Origin: a virus
IMG/VR virus record: IMGVR_UViG_3300045051_000531
Reading direction: 5' to 3' (one strand)
Length of the DNA: 64,000 nt
The notes beneath the pieces were generated by a model. The model was not told the DNA's origin, ran no database searches, and saw nothing but the letters and a program-made list of their open reading frames with translations. Both the position numbers and the translations under genes were made by a program. Shown here one piece after another: positions 54,479 through 63,642 of this stretch (positions are counted from its first letter, which is position 1; each line of letters starts with the position of its first letter).

Positions 54479-54997
54479 ATGTGGCTGCACGTGTTACTGG
54501 CTATCGCCTCGGTCCTGCTCAGCGCCGCTGAGCCCGAGCTCCCCATCGGCGCCCAGCGCGCCTTGGGATCCTACAACACCGCTGAGACCTCGGCCCGCGC
54601 CGCCTTGGTCAAGTCGCTGGAGGCCGAGCAGGCCAAGGCGACCAAGGCCAACAAGCTCGATGAAGCCCTCGCGATCCGCGCACTCATCGAGAAAGCGCAA
54701 GCCGGGGAACCGCTCCCCGCACCAGCCAAAGATGATCTCCTCGGCGACGGCGCCGGAAAGTCGGTCTTCGTCGGTAAGTATGAGGGCAAGATCAAGCTGG
54801 AACTTCTAGCAGATGGATCTGCTACGACTCCATGGCAGCGAGTGCCAGGTAAATGGACCGTCGAAGGTGGCAAGGCTGTGGTCCGTTGGACTACAGGTCA
54901 GATCGACTACATGAGCCCACCCGATAAAGACGGCGTCTTCGAAGTCGTGAACGGCGAGGGGCAGCGATATCAGCAGCGCAAGGAGGCCAAGAAGTGA
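54479..54997 (+). CDS. Secreted protein with signal peptide
   Basis: MWLHVLLAIASVLLSAAEPELP; helical KATKANKLDEALAIRALI segment and a beta-rich C-terminal domain; AAGGAG SD. Confidence 0.8.
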   Translation: MWLHVLLAIASVLLSAAEPELPIGAQRALGSYNTAETSARAALVKSLEAEQAKATKANKLDEALAIRALIEKAQAGEPLPAPAKDDLLGDGAGKSVFVGKYEGKIKLELLADGSATTPWQRVPGKWTVEGGKAVVRWTTGQIDYMSPPDKDGVFEVVNGEGQRYQQRKEAKK

Positions 54998-55119
54998 AGT
55001 GCCTCCACATCGCCCTGATCTCGGGCATCCTGGGGCTCGGCATCGGCCTCGCCCTGGGGGCCACGATCGCGTCCCGCCAACTCAGCAACCAGGCCCACGA
55101 GGCCGGGAGGTCCAAGTGA
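54994..55119 (+). CDS. 41-aa membrane peptide
   Basis: GTGA overlaps at both ends; LHIALISGILGLGIGLALGATIAS. Confidence 0.6.
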   Translation: MKCLHIALISGILGLGIGLALGATIASRQLSNQAHEAGRSK

Positions 55120-56030
55120 CGTTCAGGTACCAGTTCTCGGTGGATCCCCTCAACGCGGCCCACGTCGGGGCCCTGGGGACGATCTTCAAGGTCCTCTCGG
55201 ATGCCGGGATCAAGATCATCGCCGGGGCCCCCGAGGCGGCCCAGCAACCGGTTCCGGCTCCGGCGCACCCCGTGCAGCCGCAGAAGGTCGACCGGCTGCC
55301 GAAGCCCCGTCGGGTCACCAAGTCGCAGTCCCCGAAGAAGACCGGTATTCCACCGGTGGACGTCGACATCGTAAGCGAGTCCCTGGACCGCAAACTGGTG
55401 GTGCGGCGCCGCGACAACGGTGAAGAGCTCCTCTCCAACCTCGGGCTCGCCGAGGTTCTCGGGATCTCATACAAGGCCTGCAAGATGCAGGACCGCCGGC
55501 TGACCTCGCTGTGGGTCAAGGCGTCGACCCAGAAGCCGTTCGTGGCGGCACCGATCCGCGGGCTCTGGGAGGCCCTGCGCGGCATCCAGTGCCTCGGCAT
55601 CGACAAGTTCCCCGATGAGGCCTCGTTCCTCAAGGACGTCGCCGCGCTGCGAACGCTGGGGAACAAGGAGCCCGAGAGCAAGGGCCCCGAGGAGATCGTG
55701 ACGCCGCAGGAGCCCGATCCACCGGCATTGCCGCCGGTGCCTCAGGCCAGGCCGGTGGCAGTTGTGGCCCAAGCCGCTGCAGCGGTGGTGAAGAAGGGAC
55801 CCAAAATCCCTGTAATCACCAACAACTCGTCGATTCGTGACATCGATGAGGTCGTCGAGTTCCTCAAGGGCTCCATGACCCACACCAACGGCGGCAAGTG
55901 TCTCCGGATCTGGACCCCCAGGGGTTCCACGGAGCTCGGGGTCGGCTGGAAACACGTCCCCAGGGCCGTGTTCCGGAAGCTGAACCGTTGGGTCGAAGAT
56001 CAGCTCGAAGCGGAAGGCCGGCACCGCTAG
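55116..56030 (+). CDS. Hypothetical protein
   Basis: GTG start at 55116 coupled to the upstream peptide; 304 aa. Confidence 0.7.
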   Translation: MTFRYQFSVDPLNAAHVGALGTIFKVLSDAGIKIIAGAPEAAQQPVPAPAHPVQPQKVDRLPKPRRVTKSQSPKKTGIPPVDVDIVSESLDRKLVVRRRDNGEELLSNLGLAEVLGISYKACKMQDRRLTSLWVKASTQKPFVAAPIRGLWEALRGIQCLGIDKFPDEASFLKDVAALRTLGNKEPESKGPEEIVTPQEPDPPALPPVPQARPVAVVAQAAAAVVKKGPKIPVITNNSSIRDIDEVVEFLKGSMTHTNGGKCLRIWTPRGSTELGVGWKHVPRAVFRKLNRWVEDQLEAEGRHR

Positions 56031-56090
56031 ATCAACTGTTGGCCCACCAGGACATGGCATCCTGGTGGGCCCCGAACCACTGGAGAACAC

Positions 56091-56300
56091 ATGCATCATA
56101 AACTTAACGAACTTGAACTGCGCCGGGATCAGCTCGGCCAGATGATCTGCGCGATGCCCGACGACGTCACCTTACTCGAGGCTGAACTCGAGCAGGTCGA
56201 GGGCGCCATCGCTGTGATCGAAGCCGATAACAGGCGTGCCACCATCCAGGTGGTCGTCGCCGAGGCTGCGGAACCCGAGCTCGTCCGGAGTCCTGCTTGA
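56091..56300 (+). CDS. Small coiled-coil hypothetical protein
   Basis: 69 aa, GGAGA SD. Confidence 0.65.
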   Translation: MHHKLNELELRRDQLGQMICAMPDDVTLLEAELEQVEGAIAVIEADNRRATIQVVVAEAAEPELVRSPA

Positions 56301-56845
56301 TCCCCGACGCGGACCGGATCACGGAGATGTTCCACGCGATGCACTCGCATCGCGGGATCATCACCGAGAAACGGCAGACCGAGTTCCGGCTGCTCCTGGT
56401 TCCTGGGAAGATCCCGTTGCCGGCAGCCATGGATGCCGTGGAAGCCATCGAGGGCAACACGATCCAGGGCGACATCGAGATCCGCCCGGAGCGGACCGTG
56501 TCGGCGTGGTCCGTTCTGAAGTCATCTGCAGGTATGATTTCCGGCTATCTGTGCCGGACGATCCGGGAGACCCTGGAGCGCCTGGAGCGCGTCGGGTCGT
56601 TGGAGAAGATCGAAGAGACCGAGCACGGCGCGATACGCCGGCTGGTCGCCGCACTGGGGCTCATCGAACCCCTAATGCGGCTTGATCGCAGGTGGATCCT
56701 GCTCGGCCATGATCACGTCGAGGATCTCCTCGACAAAGTCACCAAGCTCTACGCCGCGGTTCCCGAACAGGATCGCAGCTCGTTTCCTCTCGTCGATCTC
56801 GAAGCCCTCGCCACCTGGCGAGATGAGGTCGTCGAAGGCGTCTAG
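56297..56845 (+). CDS. Hypothetical protein
   Basis: 182 aa, TTGA overlap start. Confidence 0.65.
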   Translation: MIPDADRITEMFHAMHSHRGIITEKRQTEFRLLLVPGKIPLPAAMDAVEAIEGNTIQGDIEIRPERTVSAWSVLKSSAGMISGYLCRTIRETLERLERVGSLEKIEETEHGAIRRLVAALGLIEPLMRLDRRWILLGHDHVEDLLDKVTKLYAAVPEQDRSSFPLVDLEALATWRDEVVEGV

Positions 56846-56894
56846 GTTGAACCCATCCCCGCTAGCTGGACGGATATATCCAGCAGGAGTACCC

Positions 56895-58031
56895 ATGGCC
56901 AAGAGCCAGCACCACAACACGCCCCGCCACCACGAGACCCGCAAGGGCAACCAGGAGGGCCGCGGGGGCCCCGTCGAACGGGACTACACCTTGTTCTTCG
57001 ACAAAATCGTTCCGGATATGACCCCCGGGGAAGTCGCGAAGCGACTGGACCGTTCGGTCCTGTACTTCGGCGTCTCCGCCCTCAGGGAGCAGGTCGAGGC
57101 CTACGCCGACGCGAAGCGCCGGGACCCCACCCTGGCGCCCCACGGCGTCGTCGCCAAGATCCTGGCGAACGCGACCATCAAGCTGGTCATGCAGGGCCTG
57201 GGCTGCGAACACCAGCAGGGCAAGCAGAAGATCGCCGTGATCACGGCGACCGCGCTGCCCAACAAGTGGTACCGCGGCGAGGACGGCTTGCCGTACACGG
57301 TGACCCCCGTGAAGGCGGCCATGGAGGCCATCGCCAAGGCTGACGCCGTGATCCGCAGCCTGATCACCTACGGGCGCTGGGCCCAGAAGGTCCTGGAGGC
57401 CTGCTCGGCGCTGCGGACCCCGGGCGAGACCGTGGCGCTGCCCGAGGACATCGGGGAGATCCCCGAGTTCGGGACCTACCACAAGTGGGTCTACGGCTGC
57501 ATCTGGCGCGACGCCTACATCGAGCTCAAGAAGGCCGTGGAGGCCGTCAACGAGCACGAGCGCGCCCTGGCGACGTCGACCGCCCTGACCATCGTGGCGG
57601 CCGGCAACCAGACCGAACCCGAGGAGGTCGTCGTGGGGGTCACCACCGAACAGCTCGAGGAGAACCTCGTCTGGGTGGAGAAGTACCTCCCCGAGGGCCA
57701 CGAACTCAGGTCGCTGCGTGACCTGACCACCCGCGGTGCCGTGACTGCGGATGATGCCGTGACGGCGATCAAGAAGGAGCACAAGGCCATGATGGACCGC
57801 AAGGCGGTCATCGACGAGGCCGCCGCTCAGGCCCAACAGGAGAGGGAACAGTTCCTGGGCACCCTGAAGCACTTCGAAGACGTCGCCCCCGATGGCGACG
57901 ACGTCCACGCCATCCGGGACATGCTGGACAAGGGCGAGGTCACCCTGGAGCAGGCCGAACAGCTGCTCACGGCCTACCTCGACGACATCAAGAAGAAGGA
58001 GGCCGCCGCGGCGGAGCCCAAGCAGGACTGA
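56895..58031 (+). CDS. Hypothetical helical protein
   Basis: ATG 56895 with AGGAG SD; very high GC3; 378 aa. Confidence 0.8.
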   Translation: MAKSQHHNTPRHHETRKGNQEGRGGPVERDYTLFFDKIVPDMTPGEVAKRLDRSVLYFGVSALREQVEAYADAKRRDPTLAPHGVVAKILANATIKLVMQGLGCEHQQGKQKIAVITATALPNKWYRGEDGLPYTVTPVKAAMEAIAKADAVIRSLITYGRWAQKVLEACSALRTPGETVALPEDIGEIPEFGTYHKWVYGCIWRDAYIELKKAVEAVNEHERALATSTALTIVAAGNQTEPEEVVVGVTTEQLEENLVWVEKYLPEGHELRSLRDLTTRGAVTADDAVTAIKKEHKAMMDRKAVIDEAAAQAQQEREQFLGTLKHFEDVAPDGDDVHAIRDMLDKGEVTLEQAEQLLTAYLDDIKKKEAAAAEPKQD

Positions 58032-58068
58032 CACTGCCGCTTAGCCGAGCGCATCGGCCGCACTAAAA

Positions 58069-58135
58069 ACCTCATAACTACCCGACCACACCTGCATACA
58101 CCACTGCAGGGCGTTGGTTCGGGTAGTTATGAGGT
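58069..58135. other. Long intergenic hairpin with a 17-bp perfect basal stem
   Basis: ACCTCATAACTACCCGA/TCGGGTAGTTATGAGGT with inner CCTGCA/TGCAGG. Confidence 0.7.
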
Positions 58136-58191
58136 CGCGTTGCTTTACTCGGTAATGCTTTATTTTTTACCTATCACACAGAGAGGATACC

Positions 58192-58440
58192 ATGCGTGAT
58201 TTATCCGCCGTGATCGACAAGCTGCTCGAAACGATCCCGAAGTCTGAGAAGTCGTTGATCGCTGAGCTCGACGACATCAAGTCGAGTTACGAGTTCGCGT
58301 CGCCGGAACTCCGCTCGATGTGGTGGCGTGAGGCCGCCGAGATCCTGGCGAACGCCATGAAGACCCCGACCAAAGACTGGGAGTGGGACTGCTGCGACAT
58401 CTTCGCTGACAAAAAGTTCCCCAGGGTGACGGCTTCATGA
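58192..58440 (+). CDS. Hypothetical protein
   Basis: 82 aa, GAGGA SD, ATGA coupled to the helicase. Confidence 0.75.
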   Translation: MRDLSAVIDKLLETIPKSEKSLIAELDDIKSSYEFASPELRSMWWREAAEILANAMKTPTKDWEWDCCDIFADKKFPRVTAS

Positions 58441-59783
58441 AAGACCTCTTCGCACCGGACCCCAAGCCGCCGGCGCAGAAGCCGGGAGACGGGGTCACCT
58501 TGTCTCCAGGTCAGGATGAAGCCGCGAAGCGCGTCCTGGCTCCACAGGGTCGGGTCTCCATCCTGACGGGTCCAGCTGGTTGTGGGAAATCCACGATCAT
58601 CAACCATCTCCGCGAAACGGTGCCCTGCACGATCGCCGCGACGACTGGCAAAGCCGCGATGCACATCGACGGCTGCACCGTGGACTCCCTGTTCTGTTTC
58701 AACCGGGACAACTACCGGGTCTGGAACGAGGACTTCCTGACGTACGTGATGAGGGAAGCCGCGGATCTCATCATCATCGACGAGGCCTCCATGATCGGGA
58801 AAAGGATGGCCAATCTGATCTACGAGATCGCCGTGGCCCACAAAAAGCGGCTCCTTCTCGTCGGTGACTGGGCCCAGGCCCGTCCGGTCAAGGATGACTG
58901 GATCACGAACTCCAAGATGATGGCGGACTACGACCTCATCAAGTTGACGGAGTGCCACCGGCAGAGCGAGGGCCCCTACCTGGAGGCCCTGAACGATGTC
59001 AGGCTCGGGCATATCTCCGAAGCCACGGAAGCCCTGTTCAAGTCGCGTGTCGGTTTGAAGCCGCCGGAGGGCAGCCACGTCATCCGGGCCTTCGCGACCA
59101 ACGCGAAAGCTGACGCCTTCAACCAGGCCAACCTGTGGAGGCTCGTCGCCCTCGGTGGCGCCACGGCGTTCCGGCTCTTCGCGACATACCACGATGCCCG
59201 GGATCCCAAGAAGCAGGCCGATAAGCCGCGGGACGAGGGCTACAAGCTGGACGCCATCGAAGCCACGAACTTCGCTCACGGGGAACCCTTCGCGCTGGGG
59301 TGCCGCGTCGTCTGCACCTACAACGAACCCGAGTTCAAGTCTTACGTCAACGGTGACACCGGGGACCTCATCGGGGGATCCTGCCAGGACGGCAGATCCC
59401 TGCAGTCCGCGCTGGAGGCCTTCGCGAAGAACGAGACTCCGTTTCGGATCGAGGCTCTCCAGATCAAGCTGGACCGGGGCCCCGTGGTCCTCGTCAGGAC
59501 CCTGGAGCGGGAGAAGAAGGATGCCCTGGACCGCGTCCAGGACGTCATCACCGGGTTCCCGCTGCGTCTCGGTTACGGGATCACGATCCATAAGAGCCAG
59601 GGCATGACGGTGCAAGCCGCACAAGTCGACCTGGAGTCCTTACTGGCGTTCCCCGATAAGGAGAGCCGCCACGGACTCGCGTATGTTGCCCTGAGCCGAA
59701 CCAAGACGCTCGAAGGGCTCTATCTCCGCAACTGGGCCCCAGAAGCGATCTTCTGCGACCCCGAGATCAGAGGATTCCTATGA
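58437..59783 (+). CDS. Pif1/RecD-like SF1B DNA helicase
   Basis: TGPAGCGKS, IIDEASM, VGDWAQ, LGYGITIHKSQGMT, YVALSR. Confidence 0.93.
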   Translation: MKDLFAPDPKPPAQKPGDGVTLSPGQDEAAKRVLAPQGRVSILTGPAGCGKSTIINHLRETVPCTIAATTGKAAMHIDGCTVDSLFCFNRDNYRVWNEDFLTYVMREAADLIIIDEASMIGKRMANLIYEIAVAHKKRLLLVGDWAQARPVKDDWITNSKMMADYDLIKLTECHRQSEGPYLEALNDVRLGHISEATEALFKSRVGLKPPEGSHVIRAFATNAKADAFNQANLWRLVALGGATAFRLFATYHDARDPKKQADKPRDEGYKLDAIEATNFAHGEPFALGCRVVCTYNEPEFKSYVNGDTGDLIGGSCQDGRSLQSALEAFAKNETPFRIEALQIKLDRGPVVLVRTLEREKKDALDRVQDVITGFPLRLGYGITIHKSQGMTVQAAQVDLESLLAFPDKESRHGLAYVALSRTKTLEGLYLRNWAPEAIFCDPEIRGFL

Positions 59784-60097
59784 CCCGTGTCGTCGAGGTC
59801 GTCCTGCGCGAAGTCAGGGAGCAAAAATATCTCATGGAGATCCCAGACGATCGCGAACTGGAATGGATCAAGCGGTACTTCTGGGACGCCAACATAAGCT
59901 CGTATGTTGATCCGATCGACGAGGACTACGTGGAGACCGATGTCACGCGCGTCGAAGGACTGGATTCTGACGTCGTCGAAAAGATGCCGGGGCACATAAC
60001 GCGCAAGATCCGGTATCTCGATGCCGACGCAGCCGCAGAGGTCGATGGTGTGTTCGAACAGCTCCGGCGAGAAGCTCAGGCCACGACGAACCGGTAG
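59780..60097 (+). CDS. Hypothetical acidic protein
   Basis: 105 aa, ATGA coupling, TAG stop. Confidence 0.7.
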   Translation: MTRVVEVVLREVREQKYLMEIPDDRELEWIKRYFWDANISSYVDPIDEDYVETDVTRVEGLDSDVVEKMPGHITRKIRYLDADAAAEVDGVFEQLRREAQATTNR

Positions 60098-60103
60098 CCC
60101 CAG

Positions 60104-60176
60104 GCGTCCGTACCTCAGTGGCAGAGGAGCGGTTTCTAAAACCGGCCAGTCGCGGGTTCGATCCCCGCCGGACGCA
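60104..60176 (+). tRNA. Amber suppressor tRNA (anticodon CTA)
   Basis: Acceptor GCGTCCG/CGGACGC-A; D-stem CCTC/GAGG; anticodon stem GCGGT/ACCGG; loop TT-CTA-AA (60134-60140); T-arm GCGGG-TTCGATC-CCCGC. Confidence 0.85.
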
Positions 60177-60216
60177 GTACCTTGCTCAATCAACAGGAAC
60201 CCATAGAAAGGGAACC

Positions 60217-60540
60217 ATGCGCCAGTAGCTAACTCACTTCTTCGTTTGGGTCAGAACCGACTTATCGGTCCCCCAGCAACTCGTTCAGGCCGTCCATGCC
60301 GCTCACACGGCTGGGGCCAGGTTTACAGATCTCCCTGATCAACTCAGCGTTGTGGTTTGCGCGCTTCCCGATGAAGCCGCGATCGATGAGCTCGTCAAGT
60401 ACCTCGATCTCGTTGGGATCACCTATGTCGTGTTCCGGGAACCCGACCTCGGCGACACCAGGACCTCCGTTGCTACGGCGCCACTGACGGCGTCGCAGCG
60501 TCGCGCCCTGAGGCACTACCAGCTCTGGGGGTCCCAGTGA
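60217..60540 (+). CDS. pth2: Peptidyl-tRNA hydrolase 2 (Pth2)-like protein with in-frame TAG at codon 4
   Basis: SD GAAAGGGA, ATG CGC CAG TAG, then LTHFFVWVRTDLSVPQQLVQAVHAA...LSVVVCALPDEAAI...FREPDLGDTRTSVATAP, matching Pth2 motifs (VRxDL, QxxHA, PD/T). Confidence 0.8.
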
Positions 60541-60614
60541 CCCCATACCTGGCTAGAGGCCCTCCGAGACACCTGGATGCCCGACGTAACCCAACCACCC
60601 AACATGGAGTCTGT

Positions 60615-60899
60615 ATGCCCACCAACACCGCCGACACCGTCGACTTCTACCGCCAGTTCACCGAAGAGGAGCGCGCCGCGTTCCACGCCAAGCGCATCGC
60701 GCTTCGCGACCAGATCAAGGAGCTCGCCGGTCACCAAGTCCTGGCCAAGGAGACCCTGAGGCAGCCGCATCACGAGGTCTTCAAGGTCGGCCCGATCATG
60801 GCGCACGCCCACTGGCGCGCCAAACGGATCACGGATCTGCTCCGGGAATACCACGTTCACCGGAGAACCGGCAAGGAGGCCGCGCACCACGTGGCCTGA
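60615..60899 (+). CDS. Hypothetical protein
   Basis: ATG 60615 with GGAG SD; 94 aa. Confidence 0.7.
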   Translation: MPTNTADTVDFYRQFTEEERAAFHAKRIALRDQIKELAGHQVLAKETLRQPHHEVFKVGPIMAHAHWRAKRITDLLREYHVHRRTGKEAAHHVA

Positions 60900-60950
60900 A
60901 CAAGACCCAGCTAGCTGGAAACAGCTGGCTGGGTCGCATTGAAAGGAATT

Positions 60951-61376
60951 ATGACCTACGAGCAGCACGACAGGCTCAAGATAATCGGCGGGGTCCTGCT
61001 CATAGCGGCCCTTATAGCCTGGGTGGTCGCTGAGTTCGCCGTGACGAAGTCTTTCGTTGGGGCGCTGGTCAGTAAGGGCATCTCGGTGTCCTACAGCCGG
61101 GACTACGAGGACGACGAGACCACGGCGACGAAACGCTACGAGCTCACGTTCTACGTCGACGGTAACATGAAGACCGTTCTCGTTGAAAAACAGCGGGCCA
61201 CGCGCATCGGCTGGAGTGAAGCGGCTGCCCTCCAGAAGCTGGAGGCCAACAACTCGGAACCAGCTGAGTTCACGCACGCCAAGGTACAGAGGCAGTACGT
61301 CGTCAAGACGCGCGGCTGGATCATCGATGACACCGTTATCGAGATCACCGATCTCGCAACTATAAAAGCGGAGTAA
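60951..61376 (+). CDS. Hypothetical membrane-anchored protein
   Basis: N-terminal hydrophobic helix; AAAGGA SD. Confidence 0.7.
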   Translation: MTYEQHDRLKIIGGVLLIAALIAWVVAEFAVTKSFVGALVSKGISVSYSRDYEDDETTATKRYELTFYVDGNMKTVLVEKQRATRIGWSEAAALQKLEANNSEPAEFTHAKVQRQYVVKTRGWIIDDTVIEITDLATIKAE

Positions 61377-61378
61377 CC

Positions 61379-61810
61379 ATGAAAACACTCGAACAGATCA
61401 TGGGGTACCAGTCCGAGGCCCTCGACGGCCGTGACCTTTACAGGCTCATGGACTTCATCCCAGAAGCCGATCTACCCAAGCTCAAGCTCGAACTGAAACC
61501 CGAGTACGTCGGGAAGCACGCCGCGGTTCCCCTGACCCGCGAAGCCGTTCTGGAGCGCCTGAAGCGCGATCTCGAGTTCGCCTTCGAGAAGGCGCTCAAC
61601 AAGCGTGGGATCTCGGCCAGCCTGATGGTCGAGGTCGTCGCGATGTGGAATTGGGTCCTGGAAGAGGGGCTCGAGAAGTGCCCCGAGGACATGTACGCCC
61701 AGTACGGGCTCCCGTTCCTCAAGGCCACCGCGCTGAAGCATGGGTTCGAGAACCCCATCGGCGATGACCGCGGTGACGAGTTCAAGTACAGCGCTGAAGG
61801 CGAGTACTGA
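61379..61810 (+). CDS. Hypothetical protein
   Basis: 143 aa, GGAG SD. Confidence 0.75.
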   Translation: MKTLEQIMGYQSEALDGRDLYRLMDFIPEADLPKLKLELKPEYVGKHAAVPLTREAVLERLKRDLEFAFEKALNKRGISASLMVEVVAMWNWVLEEGLEKCPEDMYAQYGLPFLKATALKHGFENPIGDDRGDEFKYSAEGEY

Positions 61811-61811
61811 T

Positions 61812-62249
61812 ATGACCTATTTCAAGGACACCAAAAAGCCGTTCATGATCAACCAGGACTTCAAGTTCCGGATCAACTCCTGGGTGATCTCGTACTGGCA
61901 GACCGGCATCGATACCTCGTTCAGGCGTAATGAGTCCTTCAAGTCGTACGACGCCGTGCGAGCCCGAGTCAAAGAGATCAAAGATCCCAGCACCCCAGGG
62001 ATCTACTCCAGCCTGGGGGTCCGCTATATCACGAAGCACAACAAGGCCAGATACGTGCAGAAGCCGAAGCCGGATCCCAAGACGATCACGTTCTCGGAGC
62101 TCAAGCGGCTCGCGTTCTGCAACTCGAAGAAACTGCCGAGGCGGGTCTGGCTCCCCAACGGCCACTTCATGGAGTGGGTCGGGATCGGCTGGATCTCTGT
62201 TGGCAAGGGGACCCCCAGCGACAGCGATATCAGGGTCGTCGACGGATGA
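61812..62249 (+). CDS. Hypothetical basic protein
   Basis: ATG 61812 directly after the upstream stop. Confidence 0.65.
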   Translation: MTYFKDTKKPFMINQDFKFRINSWVISYWQTGIDTSFRRNESFKSYDAVRARVKEIKDPSTPGIYSSLGVRYITKHNKARYVQKPKPDPKTITFSELKRLAFCNSKKLPRRVWLPNGHFMEWVGIGWISVGKGTPSDSDIRVVDG

Positions 62250-62455
62250 AGGAGTCCACTCGCATCATGTTGGCAGCGTTCAGCACTGCCGCGATCCTTC
62301 TCGTCGTGCTTCTCGGCGGATCCGTGCTCATCGCTCACTACGCCAGGCCGCCGTGGTCGTACATCGCGTCTGGATGCTGGGGATTCCTGGTGGCCAGTCA
62401 GTTCAGGTGTTTGATCCCGTTTCTGATGCACCACGTCTTCGGTATAAAGGAATAA
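62246..62455 (+). CDS. Small membrane protein (two hydrophobic segments)
   Basis: ATGA overlap start; 69 aa. Confidence 0.65.
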   Translation: MKESTRIMLAAFSTAAILLVVLLGGSVLIAHYARPPWSYIASGCWGFLVASQFRCLIPFLMHHVFGIKE

Positions 62456-62457
62456 CC

Positions 62458-63162
62458 ATGGGCGATTTCTCGATCCGTTGCTCGATCAGCGGGGTTCCGA
62501 TCCCGTGCAACACGGACGTCCTCGTCATCAAGATGCAACGTAGCGTGAACCACCCCGAGTACCGGTACCCGGTGTCGATGCCGGTACCTGGGCTCATGGG
62601 TAGCTACGGCTACGTCGACGACGTCAGTGACCACAACGATAACGACAAAGTCACCAGTTATCTCCACGTTCTCCCGAACCTGTGGAAAGCGGCTGGTGAT
62701 ATCTGGGAACGCGGCATGTTCGGTAACAAGGTCCCAAGCCTCACCGAGGAGATCGAAGCTGAGCGCGAGAAGTACAGGAACGCGCTCGCGGAGTACGCTC
62801 AGTTCAAGGACAGCGGGGCCTACGAGTCGCTCGTCGAGCTCCGCATGAACGACGGTGGCGAGTGGCTCAGGCGGCTCAAAAACATTGTGTTGTTCGCACC
62901 AGACTTCGGGAAGACCAATCCGATTTACACCGGAGTTCTGGACATGATCAAGCAGAAGAAGGCGCCTGCTCAGGAGGAGATCGAGAAGCTCCACGACCTC
63001 ATCGCAGCGTTCATGTCATCAGGCATCACCGGGGTATCGCTAGGTGGTGGAACCGAAGGCGGCTACCCGTTCGAGCAGTACCCCGAGCTGAAGTGGGACC
63101 TGCTCTGGCACCAGGCCATCGTTAAGGAGATCAAGCTGCTCCGTACCGAGATCCACTCCTAG
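62458..63162 (+). CDS. Hypothetical protein
   Basis: ATG 62458 with AAAGGA SD; 234 aa. Confidence 0.72.
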   Translation: MGDFSIRCSISGVPIPCNTDVLVIKMQRSVNHPEYRYPVSMPVPGLMGSYGYVDDVSDHNDNDKVTSYLHVLPNLWKAAGDIWERGMFGNKVPSLTEEIEAEREKYRNALAEYAQFKDSGAYESLVELRMNDGGEWLRRLKNIVLFAPDFGKTNPIYTGVLDMIKQKKAPAQEEIEKLHDLIAAFMSSGITGVSLGGGTEGGYPFEQYPELKWDLLWHQAIVKEIKLLRTEIHS

Positions 63163-63171
63163 GAGGACCCC

Positions 63172-63642
63172 ATGGACGAAACGGATACCCTCAGCGGTCG
63201 CTACGGCACCGCCAAGATGATTATGCCCGACGGGCAAGAGATCCCCTGCTTGGCCCGCAAGGTGCCCAGGGGTGACGGTTCATTCGGCTGGGTCATCATC
63301 GATGACCGCGTCCTGGCCTACGAGGCCTCCCAGGCCCACACCGACTACAAGGCCGCGGATCACATCGACGCCGCTACGGAGGCCATCACTAAGCGGCCCA
63401 CGACGATCTCGACGACCTCCGAGGACCGCAAGGGCATCAGCCTGGATCTCCTCCAGTTCCTCGGTGACCCGGACCCCGTGATTGCCAACGGTGGCTTCCC
63501 TCCGGAGAAGCTCGCCGCGTTCAAGGCGCACCCGCTGTCCGTGACGATGGCGCGGCGGCTCTGCCTGGTCTACGGTGGCAAGTGGGCCACGGTTCTGAAG
63601 TTCCTCCCGAAGTTCTACCCGGATAGCCGTCCCGGTGGCTGA
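63172..63642 (+). CDS. Hypothetical protein
   Basis: 156 aa, AGGAGG SD. Confidence 0.72.
   Translation: MDETDTLSGRYGTAKMIMPDGQEIPCLARKVPRGDGSFGWVIIDDRVLAYEASQAHTDYKAADHIDAATEAITKRPTTISTTSEDRKGISLDLLQFLGDPDPVIANGGFPPEKLAAFKAHPLSVTMARRLCLVYGGKWATVLKFLPKFYPDSRPGG

Noticed and set aside
58041-58047. TTAGCCG heptamer identical to the loop in the tRNA insertion
   Set aside because: A 7-mer match is expected several times by chance in 64 kb.
60177-60216. tRNA-associated HDV-like (theta) ribozyme after the suppressor tRNA
   Set aside because: No nested double-pseudoknot pairing could be found in this short trailer or after the other tRNAs.
56028-63172. Amber-readthrough fusions at 56030 to 56091 and 63162 to 63172 (both in frame)
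   Set aside because: In-frame spacing has a one-in-three chance, each downstream gene has its own SD, and no domain continuity is evident. Worth rechecking only if suppression is shown.
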